From positions 3,397,844 to 3,461,843 of the forward strand of contig CM119265.1 of the NCBI GenBank assembly GCA_051294375.1: a DNA stretch of 64,000 nucleotides, written 5' to 3'. The position numbers were made by a program, and so were the translations under genes. Positions 11,271-23,076 of the stretch are shown one piece after another. The stretch's first letter is position 1; each line of letters starts with the position of its first letter. This DNA comes from Paraspadella gotoi. Taxonomy: Eukaryota; Animalia; Chaetognatha. The notes beneath the pieces were generated by a model. The model ran no database searches. It worked only from the letters and a program-made list of their open reading frames with translations, and was not told the origin of the DNA.

Positions 11271-14159
11271 GGTAGGAGTCGCTGGGAGAGATACAACATT
11301 GGAATGTACATTGGGCTGAGAGGTCAATATGGTTAGGGCGAGATAATACATTTACAATATGGGGTATATTTCATGGTACAGAATCTATAGAGGGGCTTGA
11401 GTACCCTGGCTGCCAACCTTCTGACGGCATTTCGGCTGCGCGATCACTATATCCAAAATGTATTCGAAGATGAACGGCAAAACGCGGAAGAAGGTTAAGC
11501 GATCTCAGCCCGGGCTAGACGTAGGATCAGTTTACATCTAGGTGTGTCAAAAAGTTAAAGACGGCTAATATGACAAATAATTGTGATTAAAACACGAAGA
11601 AATTGTACATTTGGCCTGGCTGAATTGATTTAACATATTGGCCTTGTTTTTTTTTTTTCAATTGGTTATTCTGTGCTGCATCATATGTTCGTAACCGAAT
11701 AGAAAACATTGAATCCCAGATAGTGCGACAAGCGGTGGAGTAAAATAACTAGGGTATACAATAGTATAAGTTATTATAGCGGCTAATGTAAAGTATAACA
11801 ATTTAATAATAAGCATACTGAGATTGGCGTAATAAGCGTCACCTGCCAAACTTGGGCTGTTTGCGGCATCCTTTGGGTAATAATCCGAAGGATAGAATAG
11901 AAGCTTTCAAAATTCCAGGTTTACTGCCAGGAATCCTCAGCGAGGGCGAAAGCCCGTGAGACTAGGCCAGAATCACATGGGACAAGGATGGAGCTTGTGA
12001 TAGTAGATTCACAGCTTATAAATTAATTTAAGGAATGCGTTAATCAAATGAACACATTAGGGCTCTCTTTCCAAGTAGTGCAGCCAATTTTGTTGCATTT
12101 ATCCCGGCAGAATTTATTTTTTTAACTTAAAATATTAATCTAAATAGTTGGGGGCTTCTTGGAAAATATGGTCAAGTACTGGCTCGTTATTCGCCAAACC
12201 TTTGCTAACGATTTTAAAATATATTGTAAGAAGTAGAAAAAGACAATGATCGCCAAGCAACAGCCAAAACAGTAAAACCAAGTTGGGATCAGGGCTAAAT
12301 GTGAGTTCCTTTGTGTGACGTCGGTGAACAGCCTCCTGCTGCACACGCCTAGCAGCGAATGACTAGCGTTGTAACCAAAATATCATTGAACGGGGAGTGA
12401 CAGAAGGGTAGGACTTAGATAGGACTCGATTGCATATTATGCGCATTGAGGTATATAATTATAATTTTCGGCTGAGCATATTATCTAATGCATATTTCAA
12501 AGGAGATTAAGTTAATAGCCCAAAATGTTTTGCGCAGTTTTGATTATCGAGTATCCCCTGATGGGATGCATCCGTTATGAAGCTGTATATAAGAGAATGT
12601 GATGAATTATGTTATCGATGGAGCTGATAGTGACTTATATTTCTGCATTGTAGAAGATTGCTGTAGAGACTGATGATGGATCTGTTGAAGATGTGTTATA
12701 GTCGTGGGCTGTGCCGTCGCATAGTGACGCGGCTATGGTAGAAAAGTTGTTGGGCAGGCTGCAAAAATGGTTATGGGACCTCGAGGAGCTGAAAGGAAGT
12801 GCGGGATAAACAGGTAAAGCTATATAAATATAATAGATAATATATTTAAAATCGACGGCTGAGTGCACTTCAGCGCTAATAAAAATAATACAAATGTGTA
12901 ACCGTAAGGAATGAGCATTGTGATAAATGGGGCGAATGATGAAGGATGTCGGCAACACTATTGCGACGGCCGAATCTCCAAGAGAAAAGAGGCAGCGAGT
13001 CAAACTGGGCCTGTCAAAGGCTTTTGGGGGGCTAAAGAGAAGAGGGTTTGTTTGGTGGGCTGCTAGCTACGCATTTTAGACTAATTAGTTGTTGACATTT
13101 CAGTGCATCAGAGTTTCAGGGCAGTAGTTTTACCAGGCAGCAATTCTTGACCCTGAGCTATAGGTTCGCTTATCTTCACGGGCGATCTTCGACAGCAGCA
13201 TAAGCTAGCTCATTATAACAAAGGGTATCTCTGATCAAGAGAGATAGAGCATATGAATGTAGGGTATAGGAGGCCCAAAGAAAGTGCGCCCTCGCGCAAT
13301 AGTGTTGCGGTCGAAAATATAATATATACGAAGATTGTTTAAATTCTATAATGATTAGTAAATAAAAACAAAAGAGAAAAAGAGAAAGCGAAAACATAAA
13401 AAACAGGACAAAAGTAGTTGAAAATCATTATGCTAATATTTTCGTTAATCATTGGACATTATTTGTAATAAATTAAATAATAACAAAACAATTTTACGAT
13501 AATTTTTTAAAAGATTTTATTCAGCCCCAGGCTTCATTAAGTGGTTTTAATTTTGTTAATATAAGTCTGTGGCAGAACGAAGAGAGAGAGAGCGAGACAA
13601 CCGCTTTTCAAATTCAAGTAAATGTCAACTAAATGAAGAATCGGAAATACGAATGTTTTATAATGGCGAACCGCCGGCCCGCAATCGGACCGGTCCCGAA
13701 AGAAAACCTTCTTTCAATGATCTTTCTTTTCTTTCAATGGTGTCATAATTCTATTTTTGTAATTCTGAAAATCTTAACTGAACAGTAAGAAAAAGATTTG
13801 TAATTATAATCCATTTTAGAAAAAGCTATTTAGCTATTTCTGAAAAGTAAACAAAAAAGTTCAGGAGAATAAAGAGATTGTTATTATTTTTGTTGTTAAC
13901 AATCGAAGCGAATAAAACATTTGCACATTATATTTTACAATAATTATTTGGAAATAGATGTGGTCCTAAAATTTACGTTGCTAACTTTGAAAAAATAAAT
14001 ATAATTTATCTAATTAATGAATTAATTTTTCTATATTTTCTTTATTTATTTATGTTTCTCTCTTTCTTTTTTGGGCTTTTATCAGTTAGTTCTCGTGATT
14101 ATCTGCTGTTGCATTATTTCTCAGAAATGATGAAAGTGGTGAGATTTCCCTCTTATCTT

Positions 14160-14955
14160 AACAAGTTTGAGCAAACAATGTCGGATCTGCCACGATCATT
14201 ATCGGGTATTAAATATTTAAGTAATTAATTAATCTAATTAATTCAAGTTAATTAATTAATTAGTCAATTAAATAATTAAACTTTGATCGCGAATCGTTTG
14301 TTTTGATTGATTAATTGACTGATTAATTAATAATTTATTAATTAATTGACTAATTTAGTTATTAACTGATTAATTATTTGATTAATTTTGTACATCTTGC
14401 ATTTACATTTGAAGTATAAAAGAAAAAGGAAGCATAATCAATTAGTGAAACAGCGTTTTTGTCTTTTTTCCATATAAACTCATTTCCACTCAAACACTTC
14501 CATCGAAACTTGATTTCCAGCTTAATCACACACTTTCCTACGACACATACAAAATTTCAGGTCAATTGCCCTACTCCACTCATGAGTAGTTGGTGTTCAA
14601 AGTAATGAAAATAATATTTTTTTTTGTTTGTTCCATTTTATCATTTCTACTTCGGAGCCGATTTCATCGAACTTTCATATGACAGACTCATATCACACCA
14701 CATTCACTACCACATACATAATTTCAATCAAATCCATCCATGCCAATTCACGAGTATTTTTCTGTTAAGGTAGGGAGTGATCGGACCGGAGACGGACATG
14801 CGTTTTTTTTTTGTTTTTGTGGCATAGGAATTTATCTATAAATATCGAGTAGTTCTGACTAGTGTAAACAAAGTTAATGGCCTGACAAGATTGAGGGGCG
14901 CGACCGATGGACGCAACAAAGTGAATTATAGAAGTCGGGATCTGCTTATAAGCAA
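14160..14955 (-). mobile_element. DINE-1/HINE-like element family A (duplicate of 6807-7590)
   Basis: Same aacaagtttgagcaaacaatgtcggatctgcc end, the same internal repeats, and gtcgggatctgcttataagca at the other end. Confidence 0.55.
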
Positions 14956-15603
14956 TACAAACTCTTGCGTAAACATTAATTGTTGCCGTGCTTTTTCTCA
15001 GGAAATGCGCGAATTACTTACTGAGGTTATTTTTAAAAGCAGGGAAATTCTTCGTCGTCTTCTTCTTCGTCGTCGTCGTCGTTGCCTTTGTTGTCTCATT
15101 CATTATTTGATAATTTTCTAACAAATTCTGACTGATTTATAGGCTAATTAAATATGTCAGTAAATTCATACTTCAGACTGCAGTGAAAGGAAATAAATTA
15201 ACTTTACTTTGGGTTTTAAAGTTATCTTGCTGGAAAGCTTCTTTTTTTATTTGATTCTAATTATTTAACTGACGAAAATATAACTATTTCTTTTATGTTT
15301 TGACTAACAAAAAACCTAAAATTCTAATTCTTTTATACAAGTTTTGTTTAAAAACTATATACATATAATTCGTTTTTATTTAAATTACCATACATTTTCT
15401 TTACATAACAATTTCTTCTCTCATTTCTCGTCGTTATTGTTGTCATTGAATGTTGTTGTTGTTGTTGTTGTTCATCCCTTCTCTCTTCTATTGATTTTGT
15501 TTGTCTCTGTCTCTCCCTCTCTCTTCGCTCTCTCTCCCCCCATTGCTCCCCCCTTTCTCTCCCGATCCTCCCTCGCCCCTCCCCTACTCCCTCTCCCTCT
15601 TCT

Positions 15604-17750
15604 CTAAAAATAAGACGTCTCGGACGGCGCTCTCGAAGACGACGACGACGGCGCCCCGTACGTCCTCATAAGGAAAGCGCCAGGCGCCGCTGACTTTCTC
15701 CTTCTTTCCTTCGGCGTCGTCGTCTCGTCGTCGTCATCGTCGTCGCCGACTCGTCCGTGGGCGACGTAAGCGGAGACGGACGCCAGCGACCAAGATCCGT
15801 GACGATGACGATGGATGCGCGGGAGGTGCAGCTGGTGATGCCTTTCCTGCCGCTGCTGCTGCGGCTCGCCCTGCAGGAAGTCGTCGTGATCGGCTTCCGG
15901 ATCGACGCGACGATATTCGCCGAATTCTCGCTCGCGACGTCGCTCCGTTCGCATCTCCCGATGCCACCAGCTTCGCTCCTTCAGCATCTGTTGCACTTCC
16001 TCGTTGGGTTTGAAGCTCCAGGCGAGGGAGTCGACGAGGTGCTTGCAGAAGGAGGAAGAGGAGGAGGAGGAGACGGAGGAGGAAGAGGAGGAGGAGGAGG
16101 ACGAACGGGTGGAGACGAGTCGGCCGAGAATCACGGAAATACCTGGAGAGAAAACAATCAATTTATCAATTTATCAATAAATAAATAAATAAATAAATAT
16201 ATAAATAAATCAATCAATCAATCAATAAATCAATAAATCAATAAATCAATCAATAAATCAATCAATAAATAAATAAATAAATAAATCAAATAAATAAATA
16301 AATAAATAAATATATAAATAAATAAATAAATCAATCAATAAATCAATAAATAAATCAATAAATCAATAAATAAATCAATAAATAAATCAATAAATCTGTC
16401 AATTAATCAATCATTACATCAATCAATGAATACATCAATAATTCTAAGTGTGGGAGCATCAATCAATTAATCAATCTATAAAAATAATAAATCAACAAAT
16501 CAATAAAAAATAAATAAGTTAATAAATAAGTTTATAAAAAAGTCGAATGATAAACTGACCCCCGCCGATGACGATAACAAAGACCAAGAGGACGAGACCC
16601 AATCCGATCCACGGACCCCAATTTGGGTAAGTGAAGTCTTGGAGGTGAGTCATCTTTTTGGGTTGGAGAATGAGGGCCAAGAGAAAGAGGCCGACCAGCA
16701 AGACTGGCATCATGCACCAAAGGGTTCGCCAATAGATGGAGATTCTGTGGAAGAGAATGATGGAATTGATTGGATTTAACTAATTGATTTATTGATCGGT
16801 CGATGGATTTATTGATATCTTGATTGAAGTATTAATTGTAATTCATTGATAGTGAGAGAGATAGTAATAATTGTTATTGTGTTAGTGACAGAAGCTTCAT
16901 ATATAAGCAGTCCTGAGCTTTCGGATCAGGCTGTAACACCGTGTTTACAGGCGGGTTAAGCGCCCCATCCCTCTTAACTACCAGACGACCACCTGAGGCT
17001 AGAACCCCGGACCTTTTGGGTTGGGAGGCGAATGGCTTGCCTCCGGCACCAATGGCGCGTTGATGAACGGTTGGTGGATTTTAGTCCACCATAATAGATT
17101 GGATCGATTAATTGATTAGATTGATCGCACAGTTAATTCACTGATTGATTGATTGATTGATTGATTAAATAATTGATTGATTTAATGTTTAATTTGATTG
17201 ATTGATTAATTGATTGATTGGTTATATTCCCGATTACTTAGTGCCGATTTTAAACTCTACGAGATGAACGAAATTCTTGAGGCCGAAAATGTAGACGACA
17301 GAGATTCCCTGAAGGGCGGCGAGAAAGAGAAGAGGGAGGGCGCCTCCGTAGACGTCGAGAATGTCCAACAGGTAATAGCCAATCTGAAAAAAAATCAATT
17401 AAATCAAGTAATGGCCAATCTGGAAAGAAAAGTTAAATAAAGTTAAAGTTTATTTATTATTTGAAATTGGTATAACCGATATAAAAACTATCCATTTATA
17501 TAACGACCTTGGACAGGCTTATGGTGGTTTAAAGCCTTCTTACGTGATAATAACATAGCAAGCTTTTTATCGCAAGCTTTCAATCGAGACTCGCTCTCAG
17601 TCTCAATATTATATTATATTATTATATTTTATTGATAATATTGAGAAAATCGCTCACCCTGAGAACCAACGGGAGTCCACAGAGAAAACTGATGCAACAT
17701 AAAAGCATCCAAGTTAAAGTTTTGTGATTCTTTATTTTTGGATATCGATT
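15604..17750 (-). CDS. SLC6/NSS sodium:neurotransmitter symporter, 3' exons (17658-17750, 17238-17383, 16560-16744, 15604-16142): TM9-TM12 and a long low-complexity C-tail
   Basis: GT-AG exons with matching phases give NRYPKIKNHKTLTWMLLCCISFLCGLPLVLR / IGYYLLDILDVYGGALPLLFLAALQGISVVYIFGLKNFVHLVEFKIGTK / ISIYWRTLWCMMPVLLVGLF...FTYPNWGPWIGLG..., typical of SLC6 TM9-12. Confidence 0.88.
16848..17092 (-). mobile_element. tRNA-derived SINE family 1 in an SLC6 intron
   Basis: Reverse complement matches 62280-62500. Confidence 0.7.
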
Positions 17751-17842
17751 CTGAAAGGTAACAGTATTTTAAACCCATGGGTTAAATATGAGTTTGAAGC
17801 TGAGTAAGAAAGAAAATAATATAATAATAATACTAATAATAC

Positions 17843-17877
<35 letters not shown>

Positions 17878-17924
17878 TTAATAATTATATTAATAATATT
17901 AATCATAATAATAATACCTAATGA

Positions 17925-18007
17925 CTCAATTGGCAATGCGTGACGCTAAACGAGCCAGAGACAGGGTCCTAAACTCCCTTGGCCAACAGGTGAGATCCCG
18001 CACCCAG
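17925..18007 (+). mobile_element. Truncated SINE family 2 fragment (also at 10680-10795)
   Basis: gcaatgcgtgacgctaaacgagccagagaca...gagatcccg resembles 53760-53865, which carries a tRNA-like head. Confidence 0.4.
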
Positions 18008-18206
18008 NNNNNNNNNNNNNNNNNNNNNNNNNNNNNNNNNNNNNNNNNNNNNNNNNNNNNNNNNNNNNNNNNNNNNNNNNNNNNNNNNNNNNNNNNNNNN
18101 NNNNNNNGCGCTAACGACGCCAACTTTAACTTCCGGTGCCATCCACATTGGTGAAACCGACGACGAATCCTTTCCAACCTTCAACGGCCCAACATCAAGC
18201 ATATCG

Positions 18207-19304
18207 ATGAGCGATCCCCGAGAGACTCGCCAAACCGCCCGCCTACGACAACAAACGACTCTCAACGTTCCACAAATCTTCTACCCAGGCCGCCGCTCCC
18301 GGGAGACGTCTCCAAACAGCCTGGTCGACGCGACTGACGCGCCTCCCTTCGATTTTCCGCCAACGTCACCCGACATCGGAAACCTCGCTCACGCCAACGG
18401 CGAAATGGCGACCGCCCCCGGCTCTGACGAGACAGAGGCGCTGCGCTCAGCCCTTGCAGCGGCGCTGAAAGCCCTCGAGAAGAAGAAGAAACCGGAATTG
18501 CCGTCCTTTGACCCCAGAAATATTGACATTTGGATTCGCAGGGTCGAGGCGGCATTTGTCCGCGCCAGCATCAGGGAAGCAAGCGAGAAGTTTGCACATC
18601 TCGAGTCAAAAATAAGCGTAGACGCCAACCCGCGCGTCAACGCGTTTCTCTACGGCGACCCATCGGAAGCCAAATGGACGGAGTTTGTCGCCTACCTCCG
18701 TAAAGAGTACGGCATGACGCCGCGACAGAAAGCGGCGCTCCTCCTCGACGGTTTTGGCCGCGACGGTCTACGCCCGTCCCAACACTTAGCGCGACTGGAG
18801 GAAAAAGTTAAGGCCGTCACCATTGACGACATCAAGAAGGAAACGGTAGTCAGGGGTCTACCCCTCGAAGTGAGGCGTGCCCTTGAGGACAAAGTCGATG
18901 ACTGGACGGCGTCGCAACTCGCCGACGCCGCTGACAAATTCTTCGACTCGGAAGGGCGCCCGACTCTCGCAGCACCGGCTTCGACGATCAACTCCACTAC
19001 CATCGACAATCGTGGCGAAGACTCAGAGAGTGAAGCCGATAACGACAACGGCGGCGTCAACGCCATTCAAGGTCAACGCCGTGACCAAAATCGCCCGCAG
19101 CAGTCTAGCTGGCGCCCCAGCACATCCAGCGGCTCATCAACACATGCCCGCCCGCCAAATGCACGCCTTAAGCAGATATGCCGCTGGCACTTAAAGTTTG
19201 GAGACGCTGCTTACCGCTGCGAACGCGGTTGCGCCCGTAAAAGCGAACGCCGTGACAGGAAGGAGCCGCAGTCGGGAAATGGCGCCGCGGGCCAGCGCAG
19301 GTGA
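18207..19304 (+). CDS. gag: Gypsy Gag with CHCC zinc-finger motif
   Basis: 365-aa ORF. N-terminal LPSFDPRNIDIWIRRVEAAF, a RPSQHL motif, and CRWHLKFGDAAYRCERGC = C-x2-H-x9-C-x3-C. Confidence 0.9.
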   Translation: MSDPRETRQTARLRQQTTLNVPQIFYPGRRSRETSPNSLVDATDAPPFDFPPTSPDIGNLAHANGEMATAPGSDETEALRSALAAALKALEKKKKPELPSFDPRNIDIWIRRVEAAFVRASIREASEKFAHLESKISVDANPRVNAFLYGDPSEAKWTEFVAYLRKEYGMTPRQKAALLLDGFGRDGLRPSQHLARLEEKVKAVTIDDIKKETVVRGLPLEVRRALEDKVDDWTASQLADAADKFFDSEGRPTLAAPASTINSTTIDNRGEDSESEADNDNGGVNAIQGQRRDQNRPQQSSWRPSTSSGSSTHARPPNARLKQICRWHLKFGDAAYRCERGCARKSERRDRKEPQSGNGAAGQRR

Positions 19305-22300
19305 ACGCTGTGCCCCGCGCCAAAGATGATTCACCCGACAACTTTCTGCTTCATGTGAAGGACGCCAGCGACGGCCGCCATTGGCTCGTCGACGGCGGCG
19401 CCCTCATCTCCCTTGTTCCGCCCACCCTGGCGCAGAGAACAGCAGGACCGGTTGGACCCCAGCTCCAAGCAGCCAACGGCAGCCCCATCAATTCCTATGG
19501 TGTTGTACATCGGCGTATTGTCCTCGGCTCAAGAGTTTTCCCTTTTGACGTCATCGCGGCCGATGTGACGCAGAATATATTGGGCGCCAATTTCTTAGCT
19601 GAATTCTACCTAGCCCCCAATCACCGTGATGGCACCCTAATTGATTTACGTGATCTCTCGACAATTGCATGCGACATTTCGGAGGCCAGTCCTCCATCTC
19701 GCGTAAACTTTATCGATCAGAAAGATAATAAATTCTATCAGCTCCTCGACCGTTACCCGACATTATCAACACCGACTTTTGAAATCAAGGCGCCAAAACA
19801 CGGGGTAAAGCATCACATCCCAACCTTTGGAAGACCATGCCAAGCAAGAGCCCGGCGCCTTCCCCCCGAAAAGCTCGCCGTCGCCAAGGCAGAGCTGGAG
19901 AAGCTCGTCGCTCTGGGCATCGCAAAACGAGCCAAGAGCTCATGGTCCTCGCCACTCCTGTGCGTCCCCAAAGCCGACGGAGGATGGCGCTGCTGCGGAG
20001 ATTTCCGCCGACTAAATTCGAAAACAAAGGACGACAAATACCCCGTCAAACTCCTAGCCGACTTCAATGCGGAACTCGCAGGGAAGAAAATCTTCTCAAA
20101 AATAGATTTACTCAAAGGCTACCACCAAATCCCGGTAGCAGACGAAGACGTGCCCAAGACGGCGGTCATCACCCCCTTCGGTCTCTTCGTCTTCCTCAGG
20201 ACGCCGTTCGGCCTCAAAAACGCTGGGCAGGACTTCCAGCGTATGATGGATGAAATACTCGGCGATATCCCTCACACGTATGTTTACCTAGACGACATCC
20301 TCGTCGCCAGCAATGACGAGGAGGAGCATCTGAAGGACCTCAAGTCGGTTTTCGACTCCCTCGCCGACAACGGGTTGGTAGTTAACCGGAAAAAGTGCAT
20401 TTTGGGCGAACAGTCCTTAGAGTTCCTCGGTTACTTGGTGGATGCGACCGGCGTCAAGCCTCTCCCACACAAAGTCGAAGCAATTCGCGCCACCAACCCG
20501 CCCACTACCGTAAAGGAGCTGCAGAGGTTTCTCGGTATGGTGAACTATTATCGGCGCTTTATTCCAAAAGCAGCTCACCATGCCGCGGCGCTCTACGACA
20601 TACTCGCTGGAAAACCGAAGCAACTCAACTGGTCGGAGAAATGCTCGGCGTCGTTCAATGCCGTCAAAGAGGCATTAGCCAATGCTGCACTACTCCGCCA
20701 TCCGCAGACCAACGCGCAACTGGCGCTCACCACCGATGCCTCCGACATTGCCGTAGGTGCCGTGCTCGAGCAGAGGACGCCACAAGGATGGGAACCTCTA
20801 GCATTTTTCTCTGCGAAACTCGACGAGGCGCAACGCCGATGGCCACCATTCGACAGAGAACTTTATGGAGCCTTCAGAGCGTGCCGACACTTCCGCCACT
20901 GGCTGGAGGGGAGATCTTTCACCCTATACACAGATCACCAGTCCCTAATCCATGCCCTGCATAAGAACTCCGAGCCACAGACTACGCGTCACAATTTTCA
21001 ACTGTCTGTGATATCGGAATTCACGACCGACATCAGGCATGTACGCGGCAAGGCCAACGTAGTAGCCGATGCCCTGTCGAGGCCCAACCCGCCGCCAATC
21101 GCCGCAGTCGACCGTCCAGTGCCCGCGGAAAAGACCCAAGACCTCTACAGTACCGTCAACGCCATAGGGCAAGAAGGCGTCGATTTGGAGGAAATGGCGC
21201 GCCACCAAACCCTCGACCGCGACTTTCAGCGTCTCTCCCAAGACGCCAGAACAGGACTCCAGTTCCGAAAAGTCAAAGTCGGCAACCAGGAACTGTTCGT
21301 CGACATCTCGAACGGACCCGCGAGACCATTCGTCCCAGAGTCCTGGCGTAGGAAAATCTTTGATGCCATCCACAGCCTCGGCCATCCCGGCGTCGCCAGA
21401 ACCCGCGAGACCATCGCCTCAAAATTCGTCTGGCCATCCCTGAAGGCCGATGCGACCCGCTGGGCAAGGGAATGTGTCCCTTGTCAACAGGCAAAGGTCA
21501 CCCGTCACGTGACACCAAACATTGGCGAATTCGAAGTTCCAGCAAGGCGTTTCCACCACATCAACGTGGACATCACCATTATGCCAGCATCAAATGGCTT
21601 CAAAAACTTGCTTACAATCGTAGATCGATTCTCGAGATGGCCTGCAGCCATCCCCATGACAGATATGTCGTCCACATCTGTAGTCGACGCCCTCACCCAC
21701 GGCTGGATCGCCAACTTTGGCATTCCATCAAACATCACCACTGACCGCGGTGCCCAGTTCGCTTCCACCATCTGGACTCAATTGGCGCAGAGCTGGGGCA
21801 TCAAGCACTCCCAAACAACAGCCTACCACCCGCAGTCAAATGGGTTAGTGGAACGCTTCCACCGTCGCCTGAAGGAAGCATTGATTGCGCTCGGCAACCA
21901 AGAGCCTCACCAATGGTTTTGGAAACTGCCATCAGCCCTGCTCGCCATCAGGACCACAATCAAACCGGACATTGGAGCGTCTCCAGCCGAGTTGGTCTTT
22001 GGCGAGGGCCTGGCAGTCCCTGGAGATTTACTCCCGCCGCCAATCGACGAAGACGACCGCCTCCATGACCAGCGTCGACGACTGCGAAACAATCTTCGCC
22101 TTGAAGTCGAACGACTTCAACCGACGGAAACGTCGGCACATCGAGCCCCTCGACTCTACCTTCCAGAAACCCTGATCGATGCCACACACGTTTTCGTTCA
22201 ACGCGCGGGAGTCAACCCCCCCCTCACCGCGCCATACCATGGACCTTATCGCGTCGTCTCCCGTGACAACCTTAACTTTAAAGTTGATGTGCCAGGTCGA

Positions 22301-22816
22301 GGTGTCGAAACGATCGCGATTGCGCGAATCAAACCGGCGACGCTTTGGCGCGACGACGAAGGAGAAGAACGGGCCACTCAGCCGTCCCCTCCGCCACCTC
22401 GGCCCCCTCGGGGTCGTCGCCCAGGTCCTCGAAGGTGCCAGCCGTCTCCAACGTCTCGCCAAACGCGCTCAGAAACTCGCCGTCGACATTCAACGTCACA
22501 AAGTCAAAATCAAAACGACGACGACGATGGTGATGACGATCAACAGCCTCACTCCCATCCAGCCCCTTTGGCAGACAGACTCGAAGCCCCAGCGCCATCC
22601 GATGAAACAGGCGCTGATAATCAACAATCATTGACCTTCGGTGCCCCTCCATCGTCGCCAGTGCCGACGCCGACACAGCCGGAAGCGATTCAGCGTGAGC
22701 CACGCCCACCAGTGGAACGTGTGTTGCGTCCAAGACGATCGAACTTTTCTTACAAAATAAACTCTTCAACTCGACCTGATTACAACGCCGTCCTATGCCA
22801 TTTACTCGAGTTGTAA
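19301..22816 (+). CDS. pol: Gypsy Pol polyprotein (protease-RT-RNase H-integrase), in the -1 frame relative to gag
   Basis: 1171-aa ORF: LVDGGA (protease), DLLKGYHQI, PFGLKNA, YLDD (RT), TDAS and ADALSR (RNase H), H-x3-H...C-x2-C, TDRGAQF and GLVERFHR (integrase), and a GPY motif. Confidence 0.97.
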   Translation: MNAVPRAKDDSPDNFLLHVKDASDGRHWLVDGGALISLVPPTLAQRTAGPVGPQLQAANGSPINSYGVVHRRIVLGSRVFPFDVIAADVTQNILGANFLAEFYLAPNHRDGTLIDLRDLSTIACDISEASPPSRVNFIDQKDNKFYQLLDRYPTLSTPTFEIKAPKHGVKHHIPTFGRPCQARARRLPPEKLAVAKAELEKLVALGIAKRAKSSWSSPLLCVPKADGGWRCCGDFRRLNSKTKDDKYPVKLLADFNAELAGKKIFSKIDLLKGYHQIPVADEDVPKTAVITPFGLFVFLRTPFGLKNAGQDFQRMMDEILGDIPHTYVYLDDILVASNDEEEHLKDLKSVFDSLADNGLVVNRKKCILGEQSLEFLGYLVDATGVKPLPHKVEAIRATNPPTTVKELQRFLGMVNYYRRFIPKAAHHAAALYDILAGKPKQLNWSEKCSASFNAVKEALANAALLRHPQTNAQLALTTDASDIAVGAVLEQRTPQGWEPLAFFSAKLDEAQRRWPPFDRELYGAFRACRHFRHWLEGRSFTLYTDHQSLIHALHKNSEPQTTRHNFQLSVISEFTTDIRHVRGKANVVADALSRPNPPPIAAVDRPVPAEKTQDLYSTVNAIGQEGVDLEEMARHQTLDRDFQRLSQDARTGLQFRKVKVGNQELFVDISNGPARPFVPESWRRKIFDAIHSLGHPGVARTRETIASKFVWPSLKADATRWARECVPCQQAKVTRHVTPNIGEFEVPARRFHHINVDITIMPASNGFKNLLTIVDRFSRWPAAIPMTDMSSTSVVDALTHGWIANFGIPSNITTDRGAQFASTIWTQLAQSWGIKHSQTTAYHPQSNGLVERFHRRLKEALIALGNQEPHQWFWKLPSALLAIRTTIKPDIGASPAELVFGEGLAVPGDLLPPPIDEDDRLHDQRRRLRNNLRLEVERLQPTETSAHRAPRLYLPETLIDATHVFVQRAGVNPPLTAPYHGPYRVVSRDNLNFKVDVPGRGVETIAIARIKPATLWRDDEGEERATQPSPPPPRPPRGRRPGPRRCQPSPTSRQTRSETRRRHSTSQSQNQNDDDDGDDDQQPHSHPAPLADRLEAPAPSDETGADNQQSLTFGAPPSSPVPTPTQPEAIQREPRPPVERVLRPRRSNFSYKINSSTRPDYNAVLCHLLEL

Positions 22817-23076
22817 CTGTAATCCTAACTTTTGATTACCTTTTTTTTTAAACTGTCCCTATTACTTACCTAGAGTAATTTAAATTAGTCACATCTTGCG
22901 TTCGAATCAATAATTCGTACCTCTTTGAGCCCAATCGTTCCGTAAACTGTAGAGTTTCCGTCTGGGGGGGATGTAGATTCGAACCCGNNNNNNNNNNTTT
23001 ATTTTTTAACTTAAATAATTAATCTAAATGTTGGGGCGTTCTTGGAAAATATGGTCAAGTACTCCTCTTTCCCAAC

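Larger units (their letters stand above)
5950..13315. repeat. Indel-rich direct duplicate of 13316-~23960 (without the Gypsy element); second, noisy copy of the SLC6 locus
   Basis: 5950-10760 matches 13320-18007 and 12110-13310 matches 22998-23950, with many 1-nt indels that break every exon. Confidence 0.85.
18108..22987 (+). mobile_element. Ty3/Gypsy LTR retrotransposon, CsRn1/Kabuki-type, intact ORFs, LTRs mostly lost in N gaps
   Basis: 5' LTR end ...ATCCACA (18147), PBS TGGTGAAACCGACG (18149), gag and pol ORFs, PPT GGGGGGGA (22964-22971), and 3' LTR start TGTAGATTCG (22972). Confidence 0.95.

Noticed and set aside
17210-17440. Plus-strand 76-aa ORF
   Set aside because: It is the antisense shadow of the SLC6 TM10 exon.
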